From a virus (Duplodnaviria; Caudoviricetes): DNA of 64,000 nucleotides. The translations under genes were made by a program, and so were the position numbers. How positions within the stretch are numbered: the stretch's first letter is position 1; each line of letters begins with the position of its first letter. This document shows, one piece after another, positions 41,101 to 50,510 of the stretch. Location: the IMG/VR virus record IMGVR_UViG_3300018012_000099; one strand, given 5' to 3'. The notes beneath the pieces were generated by a model that was given only the letters and a program-made list of their open reading frames with translations, searched no databases and had not been told where the DNA came from.

Positions 41101-44100
41101 ATCAAAAACATTGGTCAGATTATTTCTCACACGGAGCCACAAGTCATCGAATCTGCTTTTCAAACCTGGTCTTTGGGTCAAGGTTTGTTATTCCCACAAT
41201 CTATTGATACTACTGGAGCCTTCCAGCTCTTACCGGCCCACTTTGGTAACGGTGTGTTGGTAAATCAACCTAATCAAACTATTACTATGCCGGCTAACTC
41301 TAATATCAGGTTGGAAGAGGGCACTTTCGAACAATGGATTGTTCCACAATGGGATGGTTTGGATAATGATGCTGCTCTAACTTTTAATATTACTAGAGAT
41401 GGATATCCTATTAATCCTTATCGTGTTTTCATTGGGGCTTCAGAATATCATCCAATCATTACCAACAGCACTTTTATTCTAACTAAAGAATCTAACGTTA
41501 CCGGTCTACCTAACACCAACAAGGACGGTGTCTTTATTTGGTATGGTAAAGATATTTCTGGAAATTTCAATCGATGGTATCTAGAAATTATTGACGGGTA
41601 CGTTCAACCAGTAGCTCCGGTTTACAAAATCAAGATTACCTCGACAGGTAAATTCTACGACGCTAAAGCATTCAACCTACCATCCCCGTCCAATGCCGTT
41701 ATCTTTACTGGATTAAGCGCCTTGAACGTGACCATCACGACAAATGGCACTCCTATTGAAGAGGGTGTTACCTTTCTGTCTGATGTGGAACATTACTTTC
41801 TAGACGTAGGACGTAAGAAAGATCGTAGTCGTTTGTCTGTTTTCAAGGATGCCAGTGGATATATGAATTTCCGAACCTGGGATAACACAGGTATTATGTA
41901 CTCCATCAGTGCTGATGTGTCTTCTTGGAAAGCTGGGCAAGTTCACCAGATAGCTGCTTCTTGGAAACTAAGCACCCGCAATGAAAGAGATGAAATGCAT
42001 CTCTTCTTGGATGGATTAGAAGTTCCAAATATCATCAAGTATAGTCAAAAACTACAGCCATATTTACATGAGAAGTTTAGAACTATCAATCCAGAAGAAA
42101 TTGCAGGATTATCTAATAGGGATATCGTTGGATCGGATGATTTGACCACGATTGCCGGCACTAATAGCGTTAGCTCTAGCATTAACTTTAGCCAATTCAA
42201 TATTTTCTTAGGTGATACCATTATTATCAATGAAATAGGTTTCTCCTCTATTGGTTATCAAATTGCTAGTATCAATGGTCAAACGCTTACCCTTAATGGA
42301 ATCATGCCACTATCATTGAAGGGAGACGGTAGATTCTCGATTAATGAGACTTCTTTCTTAATCACCTCCGATATCAATGTAGCCCCCAACACTACTGTTA
42401 GTACCATTCACACCTTCGTGACCGGTAATGATCTGATTACTACCATGAATTCTAACGTAGTTACTTCACCAGGCACTAATTTCACTACTAAAGGAGTACA
42501 GCCTGGTTATCTTTTAAGGATAGATAGTAACTCTCCAGTATTGGTTTATAGTATAGTACAAGTTTCTGGTCATTCGTTGACTATTACCGATCCTTTTCCT
42601 GTCAACCAAACTAATATCAATTTCCAAGTTTACTCTAATACCGAAAATGAGCTACCAGGCGTTCGTGCCCTTCACCCAGATTATGCCATCAGCGAAAATA
42701 GTAGTTTCCAGAATGTACTAACTATCTTTAATGGTATTTTTGCTAATGATTTGATTTTAGTTAGAACTCTAGGTCTCAATCATCGAGATATTAAGAAGCA
42801 GTACTATATTTGGAGCACTCAAAAAGAAAATATCATTATGACTCAGCTTCCCCCTCCTATTTCTTTGGATGAGGCCGATGTCACTAAGATCATTACTCCA
42901 GTCACAGCTATCGGTCCCAACAACTCTACTTTAGTGGGAGGAGTTTTCCACTCCAACTTAATACCTACTGCTCATCCAACTAACGCTCAGGTTGGAAGAA
43001 CCATTCAGGTTACTATCGCCGGTACTAACACTGATTTCTCTACTCCAGTTCAAGTGCTGCTAAATGGTGTGGTCGGAATCAATATTGTCACTGAAACCGT
43101 CACTTTTACTAACTATGGTACTTTAGATTTTGCCAACGGTTTTACCTCCTTGAATTGGGTAATGGTAATAGCTAAACCAATTAATTCCGCTAAAGCCGCT
43201 CTAACCGTAGAGTTAAGAGAAAAGTATCCAATGACCCATAGTGAGTTTAGTGGTTTAGCCCCAGTAATTAGGTATAGCTATCACATCACTGGAGGCTATA
43301 CTCTGTACGCCGACGGATATGACCAATGGGTAACAGACGGCTATAATCTATTTAGCGATTTAGATATCGGTAACTACTTGGTCATCCACTCTCCTGCGGT
43401 AGTGGATGGATATTCTGTTGCAGGATTCTATATCATTACTGGTCTATCAGTCGATAGACACTCTATTAGTATTAGACCAACCTATGCTTCTGGTCCCGTT
43501 CCTCTCCCTCCATTTACCGGAGGTGTTTATGAGGTGCTAGACACCACCCAATATCGTAGTGGTTTGCAGAATGGATTCTTTACCTTCGAAGTTGGGTTGT
43601 TGCCAGGCGAAGCTTTCTTCCTTAGTACGGGCTTCTATGAATTTGATTACTCCACCTATGCCAGAATCAAATTTGATCCACTCAATGTACCAATCTATTT
43701 TGGTAGCGATATGTTTGGTGGCAATCAAGCTAATTCTATCTTAGATCAAACCATTTTATATTCAGTTATGTTAACTGATACGAGAGTTGGTGAAGTGGTA
43801 GCTGCCAATCAGCGTTCTATTACCAAGGATTATAACTCTCTCATTCCAATTACTTCAAACCAACAGACCTTGGTACTAATTACTTTCGATAACTTTCCAT
43901 TCACTAACAGTGCTCTAGTATATGTCAATACCGATACCGATAGAATTCATTTTCAGTCCAACTGGGCAGTCAATGATAATTTCAATCAAAGTATAGTTAT
44001 TTTAGATAAGCCTATTTTGGTTCCTAATACAGGTATCTTGGATACTCGTAAGCAAGGAACTGTCGAATTCTGGATCAGTCCTCTATTCGACACGGCTAAT

Positions 44101-45300
44101 GATCCTAATCCACGTTTTTACTTTGATGCTTACGGGGCGGTGGTAGAACAAGCGGTTAGTAATACGGATGTTACGGTCAAGATCGCTGCGCCTGCCAGCC
44201 AAATCTTAAGCGTCAAGTTAGCAGCCGGTGACCCTAACGTAGATTACTTCGCTGGTGGAAAATTAGAAATTGATACTCAACATGCTATCCAAGAAGGAGG
44301 TATCAGCATCGGTACCTCTTCAGTCAAAACTTCTGAGCCCATTTTACAAGTTATAACTGTAAAAATTGTGGATGATTTTACTGGTACCGATTACTTTGCT
44401 AATGGTTCTATTGGCACTGATGGTCAAACTATTTATTTAGGGAAAACTCTACCACTTCCAAATGTTTCAGTTATTATTACTTATCAACCAGCTATTAATG
44501 GTCGTGTTGCTCTCAATACTCAGATAATCAGACTCAATCGTCGACTACCAAATCAAAACTCTCACGTTATTGTCAATTACATTCCACAGGGACTGCAAGG
44601 AGACCGCATCTCCATCTACAAGGATACGTCCGGCTATATCAATTTTAGTATTACTGCCTCGGGTACTAACTTTGTAGTGCGTGCTCCTACTTATTGGGCT
44701 AAGAACACCTGGCATCGTGTTAAGGCTAGTTACAAGATTAATGGTGGTTTCGGACAGGACGAAATGCGTCTATTCTTAGATGGCTATCAATATACTAATG
44801 TGCTCTTTGGTCAAGGATTAGTCTTTGGTAAATTTCCAATGGTGATGGGTTCCGTTTCTGTGGGAGATGGTTATAGTTTGACTGGTAATATCATTTTTAA
44901 GGATCCGATTAATGATTTATTTATCGGTAGCCAGTATGACCAGCGATTTCCTGCCTTTTCTTTGTTGGATAATTTTAGAATTAGCAACATTTCCAGACCA
45001 GTTTTTGCACCATATGGAGAGCCAATTGATGTCAATTGGAGTAGTAACCTAAATACCGTCATCCCAGTTACCCCAGACCTATACACTACCTATTTATTGA
45101 ATTATGATGATATGGTTGTGAAAGGGTCGAATTTTGCAGTTCTTACCGATAGAACAGTAGGATCTTTTGATTTTACAGTTAATATTTTTGATTCATTTGG
45201 TATAGTTAGTAGTAGTGCGAAAGTAAAACAAACTTTGGAAGCTTTAATCAATACTTTAAAGCCCGCTAATACTGTGGCATTTATCCAGTATTATACTTGA
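38125..45300 (+). CDS. Giant baseplate wedge protein (gp7/gpI-like) with Ig-like and LamG/concanavalin-like domains
   Basis: ERYRDALMAALSSFLQGPTVAAIK. LamG-like EGTFEQWIVP...HQIAASW...MHLFLDG and QGTVEFWISP...WHRVKASY...MRLFLDG...LDNFRIS. C-terminal LINTLKPANT. Contains 8 DGY. Confidence 0.65.
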   Translation: MTTTNLRIVNVQVISSTEIQATFTENLTPNLTTANVSIISTTNDIPNSEVLSVSVSAAILTVSCQPLTPFATYYIKFVSTPQHLFESINGDAVILQDGVSNQFLITGPIDPDNPVKDYLVNFFNGNIYDTDVETSVISQYINSLAINLARALHDIRQIQNENYLSFTVVDEQQFRSEGPYDRLYEEGAYEVLRVGLGPTDAQATITLTFDDFPSFPVTLQQQENVETPTVSSSNQAGTFNIDTLTFNLNNSPVTQVTNIVFTLGTANPIYTYNIELLGYQINNSRYDQNFASSYATLSTNQVRLNTQILNDPLFDINQIIHIQINYQSKDLGRVISASNIDIFTTLTSIREVLPPIENVFTLQHAPITDSSNNIPLLGGVLFLDPNSNTGSLHPAFLVEIPFRLSALPYAPGQYSIDYTTGTVYVYGATLENDGTGPSPPLATYDYRFTYVSETDYVYDVDLLDLVALPLGNLIKNAGVITLLYEEVLIPDTDYVADTHIESLTERVQNRLVALNSVTTLNSPITNVFQIFNETSGEIYTLDRWTRNNQIYFQYTTPPRVLQQVGERATFQTVSNELLFINSISTNTNSVRVFTIFLANNTIVDGTEDGTGSSINSSMSFSNGNIFVVERWYNQEFNATFNFNRLSNPGEYTVDYVNGIIYLAVSATQSNNVGAVTYKMDVIDPNFPHVLSVDDIYYRVSPLAPKNKQFAYLSFGDSHIIPDKPDPSDEAFLNGFVGAPYQLFNNQVGTFVSSSFLPGVTNQVKFVRGVFEYQDLLNNTNPINFASASVGGNFNITVNSLMGQAFDSVQFDGTHYYVLFNQNIPYLSTDILFDFTITRVSDGYSLWDATHVGTIVSGDPVKLVLTGFNSPHTGDLVSVTYSFTILPLSRVIVDYNKGDYFVDYTYLADELIISYEYGDNVIDFRQSNKVSPGTPYYVTYRAGALRDALVKNFGSLVNLPELASLDVNFPRERYRDALMAALSSFLQGPTVAAIKNIGQIISHTEPQVIESAFQTWSLGQGLLFPQSIDTTGAFQLLPAHFGNGVLVNQPNQTITMPANSNIRLEEGTFEQWIVPQWDGLDNDAALTFNITRDGYPINPYRVFIGASEYHPIITNSTFILTKESNVTGLPNTNKDGVFIWYGKDISGNFNRWYLEIIDGYVQPVAPVYKIKITSTGKFYDAKAFNLPSPSNAVIFTGLSALNVTITTNGTPIEEGVTFLSDVEHYFLDVGRKKDRSRLSVFKDASGYMNFRTWDNTGIMYSISADVSSWKAGQVHQIAASWKLSTRNERDEMHLFLDGLEVPNIIKYSQKLQPYLHEKFRTINPEEIAGLSNRDIVGSDDLTTIAGTNSVSSSINFSQFNIFLGDTIIINEIGFSSIGYQIASINGQTLTLNGIMPLSLKGDGRFSINETSFLITSDINVAPNTTVSTIHTFVTGNDLITTMNSNVVTSPGTNFTTKGVQPGYLLRIDSNSPVLVYSIVQVSGHSLTITDPFPVNQTNINFQVYSNTENELPGVRALHPDYAISENSSFQNVLTIFNGIFANDLILVRTLGLNHRDIKKQYYIWSTQKENIIMTQLPPPISLDEADVTKIITPVTAIGPNNSTLVGGVFHSNLIPTAHPTNAQVGRTIQVTIAGTNTDFSTPVQVLLNGVVGINIVTETVTFTNYGTLDFANGFTSLNWVMVIAKPINSAKAALTVELREKYPMTHSEFSGLAPVIRYSYHITGGYTLYADGYDQWVTDGYNLFSDLDIGNYLVIHSPAVVDGYSVAGFYIITGLSVDRHSISIRPTYASGPVPLPPFTGGVYEVLDTTQYRSGLQNGFFTFEVGLLPGEAFFLSTGFYEFDYSTYARIKFDPLNVPIYFGSDMFGGNQANSILDQTILYSVMLTDTRVGEVVAANQRSITKDYNSLIPITSNQQTLVLITFDNFPFTNSALVYVNTDTDRIHFQSNWAVNDNFNQSIVILDKPILVPNTGILDTRKQGTVEFWISPLFDTANDPNPRFYFDAYGAVVEQAVSNTDVTVKIAAPASQILSVKLAAGDPNVDYFAGGKLEIDTQHAIQEGGISIGTSSVKTSEPILQVITVKIVDDFTGTDYFANGSIGTDGQTIYLGKTLPLPNVSVIITYQPAINGRVALNTQIIRLNRRLPNQNSHVIVNYIPQGLQGDRISIYKDTSGYINFSITASGTNFVVRAPTYWAKNTWHRVKASYKINGGFGQDEMRLFLDGYQYTNVLFGQGLVFGKFPMVMGSVSVGDGYSLTGNIIFKDPINDLFIGSQYDQRFPAFSLLDNFRISNISRPVFAPYGEPIDVNWSSNLNTVIPVTPDLYTTYLLNYDDMVVKGSNFAVLTDRTVGSFDFTVNIFDSFGIVSSSAKVKQTLEALINTLKPANTVAFIQYYT

Positions 45301-45308
45301 GAGAAATT

Positions 45309-48300
45309 ATGACTAAACGCAGCCCGGTATCCGCCCCAAAACCCATATGGTACGATAGTCAACAGGTTGATGAGACCGATCTAACCACACAACAGATAGC
45401 TGACGCTACTGTGGAATCATCTATTCTCAATAATCATATAGGGACAGGGGTTTTGCCAGAAACCCTGATTCCGCATGTCTTATTCGATTCCAATCTAGTT
45501 GCCGGATTTTTGGATGGATTGGCTATTCAATCTCAGTCTCAACCTAGTGACAATAATTTAGGTAATCAACTTTCACTCTCTTTGACTAAATCTGACGCAT
45601 CTGTTTATCGCAATGTTAAGGTGGGTATTATTGGTTTAGATTTTCAGAGCAATTTACAATACGAAACTTTCGTTTTCAAAACCAACGAAGTGCAAGTAAG
45701 TCAACATCATTTTACTAAGATTTTGGTGTTATTGTTCAATGATTTGAAGGGAGATCCCACGCGCTCCTTCAACTTGGGTGGGGATTTAGTAATTTCAGAG
45801 GCTCGTCCCATGCAACTCTCTAGAGAGTCTATTATGATCTCTCAGGCTGTGGAGCCTAATCTATTTTTTAGGGATTTTTTTATTGATCCTTCTTTAGGTC
45901 CTATCTCACTACAAGCTATGTTGCAAGCAGCCTTGCCGTTCTACAATGTTAGTAGTTTAAATATTAAGACTCAGCCACTAGATAACCTAGTTATTTCTAG
46001 TGGAGATGTCACCACTCAAATTGGTCAAAAGTTTCAAGCTTCTACTAATAATATTCAAAAAATTACTCTATTACTTTCAGTTAGAAATTTAGTTGCAGGA
46101 CAACAGAATAATTTAATATGGAATGGTGATTTAATTGTTAGTATTTTTCCACTACAAACTACTATTAACTGTGCTACCGATTTAGCCCCAGGTTTACCAA
46201 TTAATTTCTCACCATCTAGTATTCCGGTTGCTCAAATCAGTTTCAACTACGGAAGTTTACAGGCTTCTGGTGTAATTTTAGATTCCATTCCACAACCAGT
46301 AGATTTTATTTTTAGTAACACACCAGCCGCCGTAGGTAATCTTATTCAATCGGGTAATTATTATTGCATAGCCGTTAAACGTGCTGGTAATGCCAATCAA
46401 TGTGATATTCTGATCGCTATCGGAGGAGATGATATTTCTAATTCTAATGCTGCTACTTTTACTGGAGATCTATGGGTTGATTTACCAGGTGAGGATTTAT
46501 GGTTCCGTATTTGGACCGACGCCTCCAAAGTGGCTGATGGTCAGGCTTATGATACTGGTAATGGTGTAACTATTCCAAAAACTATTACCGATCCATCTAG
46601 TCAAGCCACCATAGATTATACTTTTGGACCACAACCATTCGTGGGTAATGATACTTTCAGGGCTGTTTTGGCTGCCATTAATGTAGAAAGTGATCCGGTA
46701 CCTGATGCCAGGACAGGCGAACCAGTAGAGTCTAGACAACAGCTAGAACCACAAGTAACTTTAATGGGCACAGTAGATATTACTAACCTAGAATCTACTA
46801 CTGAGCCTTTAATTTTGGGAACTATTTCTGATAAAAATATCAAGACTTTTCAAACCAGCAACATAGTTATTAATTCAAAGCTGTATACTGCTACTATGGC
46901 TAACAATACTATGTTAATTAGAATAGTAGATGATCCAACTGATGTAGTTAGATTTGATACTTCAGTTTCAGCTCTAGCTACAGAATTACTTAATGGTAAT
47001 TTAGTTGGAGCCAGCATCGCCCCAGATGGAAATAATCCATCTATTACTTATCGTGTTGCTACTGCTAGACTGTGCTCTATGTTAGTAGGAGATGTAGATG
47101 GTAATGGAATTATTGATGAGAATGATTTAAATCTTCTTAATAGCTATCTCGGCTATAATATGAACATTGCGCCACCTCAACAAACTATCATTAATACTAC
47201 CGGTATGTCGTTGGGTAGCACCACTACATTTATCAATGGTTACGAAACCCTTATTCAACCATTTGCTAATTTATTTTCTGTACAATTCCAGTTGGTAGAT
47301 CCTAACACTAATTTGGTAGTGGCGGATGGATATGATGGCGTTTTGATTGCTAATCCAGCTAATCCAAGACTAGCACAATTTACCAGTGCCAGTGTAGCTT
47401 TTAATACTATAGTCGGTTTAACCTCTTACAAACTGGTCATTCTAACCAACACTAATCAAGCTGATCATGGTGGTTTTAATATTATCTCTCTGGATTCTAC
47501 TGCCGATGTTTTGACTATTCAGAAGGTTTTCCTTACTGAAGATAATCTTGGTCAATTACTCAGAGCAGATATTGATGGCGACTTTGTTATTACTTTTATT
47601 GATGGCTACTTATTAGAAAGTTATATTCAACGTTTGCCATTATCGCACTCTCCGGTTAGTACTTATCCCGCCCCCAGCACTAATCCATATACTAAAATTG
47701 GCACTAGATTTAATGTCATTGAATTAGAATTAGAACAATTCATTGATCGTACGGATGATTATACTGCCAATCCAGCTACTCGATCAAGCAGCGTCCACCC
47801 ATTACCAGATATCTTTTTGGATGATGGATACTTTGCGGGCCACGATTTCTATCATTTTCCGGTTCCAATTATTTTTATAGAGCAACTTACTTGGGATGAT
47901 TCTCTAATTATCACTGATTCTATGCCTAAATTAGTGCCTAGCGTCTTCACTTCTCTCACTGGTTTTAATGTTTCATCCTGTCTCATCAATGGCATTCAGT
48001 GCAATGTGTATCCAGTAACACAGCCTTTTGATCCTGGTACCATTGATTATTTTGTTCCTAATAATCTTATCATCGGAACTGGTGATCTACAACGTCCAGA
48101 TGGGGAATTCTATAAAGTGGACTTTGAAATTGGAACCATCGTTTTGGAAATTCCAGATGGTCTCTTTGGCTCTGAACGTACTATTGATATTTTCAATGAT
48201 TTTATGGTAGACGTAACGGGTAACGGTGCCACTAAGCTTGGCTTTCCATCTATGAGGTTCGCTGACTGTTCTTTCGTAGGTCCTAATGCTCTGGCAAATG

Positions 48301-49346
48301 ATCAGGTTCGATTCTCAGTAGCTGTACAGTCATTCTCTCCTAATGTAGATGGTTATAGCGATGATGGTTACTATGGAGCTATTGTAGATGGTAAGATGGG
48401 TGTCAGCATCGATTATACTACTGGTTTGCTCACTTTAAATTTTAGCAATCTATATCAAGATCCAGTACTACAAACTCTTAGCACTAAGATTCAAATTAAT
48501 GTCTTCTTAAAGAAAGGTGGATTTAACAACCAAACTTTGTTTGTGGATTCCACAAAAGTCCAGAATATGCTAGGTATGATTAGTGTTTTCAGTGGGGCTA
48601 ATGATGGTGGTCCATCCGCTCTAGTAGATTTGGGTTTCGATGTTACGGGTATCCTACCTATCTTGCATGGTGGCACCGGGCTCAATGCAGTTGGTGCGGT
48701 CGGCACAGTGTTGACTAGTACTGGTAGTGGTTTAAGTTATCAATTTATTGCGGACTTGGCTGGATTCATTCCGTTCTCCGTAGGTATGGCTAGTGCGGAT
48801 CAAGTACCAAAGACAGATGGTTATGGATTCTTGGATCCAAGTTTTTATTACAAGAACCCAGTGTACATATACGGGGTAGCTGGTACTTTTTCTAATGACA
48901 GTAGTACTCCTGTTACAATTGGAGCGTTGACTTTTAGATTTGATACTTTTATTCTAGAAGGTTGGTCTACATTTGAGTTAGAGGTAATTCTAGAAACTAC
49001 TAATGCATCTGATACGGCTAGAGTGCAATTATACAATGTTAATACGCACACTTATTTGAATTTAGCTACGGGTCCAAGTCAATACTTAACTACTACTAAT
49101 ACATTTGCTACTTTGGTAAGATCGATAGATTTGAGTTCTCAGCTATCTAGTGGTCAAACAGACTTCGTATACGAAGTTCATCTTAGTTTAAGTCCAACCA
49201 GCGGTACTGATGTAGCTATCTGCAAGATGGCTCGACTGGTTATCACTTATAATAATTTGACTTTGAACGGTTCGGCGCAGATTGCTCCTCCAGTTTCTCA
49301 TAGCTATAATTTCGTACCGTTCTTGCCTACCCCTACTCCAGCCTAA
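45309..49346 (+). CDS. Large tail/baseplate-attached fibre-like protein with EF-hand/dockerin-like loops
   Basis: N-terminal IWYDSQQVDETDL, loops GDVDGNGIIDENDL and ADIDGDFVITFID, fibre motif ILPILHGGTG and 6 DGY. ATG 45309 is preferred as start. Confidence 0.55.
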   Translation: MTKRSPVSAPKPIWYDSQQVDETDLTTQQIADATVESSILNNHIGTGVLPETLIPHVLFDSNLVAGFLDGLAIQSQSQPSDNNLGNQLSLSLTKSDASVYRNVKVGIIGLDFQSNLQYETFVFKTNEVQVSQHHFTKILVLLFNDLKGDPTRSFNLGGDLVISEARPMQLSRESIMISQAVEPNLFFRDFFIDPSLGPISLQAMLQAALPFYNVSSLNIKTQPLDNLVISSGDVTTQIGQKFQASTNNIQKITLLLSVRNLVAGQQNNLIWNGDLIVSIFPLQTTINCATDLAPGLPINFSPSSIPVAQISFNYGSLQASGVILDSIPQPVDFIFSNTPAAVGNLIQSGNYYCIAVKRAGNANQCDILIAIGGDDISNSNAATFTGDLWVDLPGEDLWFRIWTDASKVADGQAYDTGNGVTIPKTITDPSSQATIDYTFGPQPFVGNDTFRAVLAAINVESDPVPDARTGEPVESRQQLEPQVTLMGTVDITNLESTTEPLILGTISDKNIKTFQTSNIVINSKLYTATMANNTMLIRIVDDPTDVVRFDTSVSALATELLNGNLVGASIAPDGNNPSITYRVATARLCSMLVGDVDGNGIIDENDLNLLNSYLGYNMNIAPPQQTIINTTGMSLGSTTTFINGYETLIQPFANLFSVQFQLVDPNTNLVVADGYDGVLIANPANPRLAQFTSASVAFNTIVGLTSYKLVILTNTNQADHGGFNIISLDSTADVLTIQKVFLTEDNLGQLLRADIDGDFVITFIDGYLLESYIQRLPLSHSPVSTYPAPSTNPYTKIGTRFNVIELELEQFIDRTDDYTANPATRSSSVHPLPDIFLDDGYFAGHDFYHFPVPIIFIEQLTWDDSLIITDSMPKLVPSVFTSLTGFNVSSCLINGIQCNVYPVTQPFDPGTIDYFVPNNLIIGTGDLQRPDGEFYKVDFEIGTIVLEIPDGLFGSERTIDIFNDFMVDVTGNGATKLGFPSMRFADCSFVGPNALANDQVRFSVAVQSFSPNVDGYSDDGYYGAIVDGKMGVSIDYTTGLLTLNFSNLYQDPVLQTLSTKIQINVFLKKGGFNNQTLFVDSTKVQNMLGMISVFSGANDGGPSALVDLGFDVTGILPILHGGTGLNAVGAVGTVLTSTGSGLSYQFIADLAGFIPFSVGMASADQVPKTDGYGFLDPSFYYKNPVYIYGVAGTFSNDSSTPVTIGALTFRFDTFILEGWSTFELEVILETTNASDTARVQLYNVNTHTYLNLATGPSQYLTTTNTFATLVRSIDLSSQLSSGQTDFVYEVHLSLSPTSGTDVAICKMARLVITYNNLTLNGSAQIAPPVSHSYNFVPFLPTPTPA

Positions 49347-49367
49347 GGTTTGGTTATATAGGCAAGT

Positions 49368-50495
49368 ATGAAGGTTTTGATCCGCCAATTTTTGGGTAAA
49401 AATCACAGTTGGTCCGTAGTGGGTTGGGGCATTGCTAATGCTCTAATTAAGCAAGGACACGAGGTTCACCTCTTCTCTACCGATGGTGTCCAACATTTGC
49501 CCAATAATTTGCGTAGTCATATCGTAGGTTTTACAGAAGAAAATCAACCTAAAGTTTTTGGTAGACTGCCTGATAAAGAGTATGATTGTCAGGTTAGCTA
49601 TACAGCTATGAAAAACTTTCCGATATTCTTGGGTAATGGAAATCAAAATAGATTTGGTATTTGGTGCTATGAATGGTTTGGTAATAATATTTTACCGATG
49701 GGATTTGCTAAGCACTACAAATTTTGCGATTGGTTATGTTCTCCCTCTAACTTTGTAAAGAATGAAATATTCATCAAAAATGGTATTCCGGAAAGTGCTA
49801 TCCAGGTTATTCCGCATGGTATTAATACGGATCAATATCAACAAGATACCAAAATAATTCTTCCTACCAAAAAGAAATTCAAATTACTTGCTAATATTGC
49901 TCAAAACCATATTAGAAAAAACATTCCTGGCTTATTAGACGCTTATGGTAAAGCCTTTACTAATAATGATGATGTGTGTCTTATTCTAAAAGCCAAAGAT
50001 AAACCAGTAGTTGCGCCATTTGAAGTATCTCTTAATGACTGTCTCAAGACTTTTAATCAGAAATATCCAAAACATGCTGAAGTGAAAATATTCTCGGAAT
50101 TCTTGCCGGACATTTCTGCCCTGTATCGTAGTGTAGATGCCATCTACACCATGAGTTATGGTGAAGGATTTTATTTTCCTGGCTTGGAAGGATTAGCTGC
50201 TGGTAAACTATCCATCGCTCCTGACCATGGCGGTCATGTGGATTTTCTTAACAATCAAAATGCCCTATTAGTCAAGAGCGTCCCCGAGCGTGCTAATCCT
50301 AAAAGTATGTACTGGGAGCCTAAACCTGACGCTATGTGGTATAAGCCGGATATAGATAGCGCAGTCAGTCAGCTTCGTCATGCATTTCAGAATTATGAAA
50401 GCATTAATCAAGTAGTGGAGAGCCAAAGGGAGTATATTTTTGATACTTATAATTGGACTACTATCACCTCACAAATTACAAATTTATGCCGATGA
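49368..50495 (+). CDS. Glycosyltransferase family 4 (GT-B)
   Basis: IPHGIN, RKNIPGLL and EGFYFPGLEGLAAG (E-x7-E). Confidence 0.9.
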   Translation: MKVLIRQFLGKNHSWSVVGWGIANALIKQGHEVHLFSTDGVQHLPNNLRSHIVGFTEENQPKVFGRLPDKEYDCQVSYTAMKNFPIFLGNGNQNRFGIWCYEWFGNNILPMGFAKHYKFCDWLCSPSNFVKNEIFIKNGIPESAIQVIPHGINTDQYQQDTKIILPTKKKFKLLANIAQNHIRKNIPGLLDAYGKAFTNNDDVCLILKAKDKPVVAPFEVSLNDCLKTFNQKYPKHAEVKIFSEFLPDISALYRSVDAIYTMSYGEGFYFPGLEGLAAGKLSIAPDHGGHVDFLNNQNALLVKSVPERANPKSMYWEPKPDAMWYKPDIDSAVSQLRHAFQNYESINQVVESQREYIFDTYNWTTITSQITNLCR

Positions 50496-50510
50496 TTAAG
50501 AAGAATAATT

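Noticed and set aside
22257-45300. Inteins in the very large structural proteins or helicases
   Set aside because: No C/S...HN-C/S/T splice junctions or LAGLIDADG blocks were noticed. The size is explained by repeated structural modules.
2829-48824. DGY as a DNA-level repeat, DGR target or restriction-related motif
   Set aside because: Synonymous codons differ among sites, no longer nucleotide identity flanks them, and no reverse transcriptase or TR/VR pair was seen.
14350-49346. Extracellular contractile injection system (eCIS/tailocin) or T6SS
   Set aside because: The tail genes are contiguous with phage replication genes (UvsW, DnaC-like, DnaB), homing endonucleases and an endolysin, which fits a phage genome.
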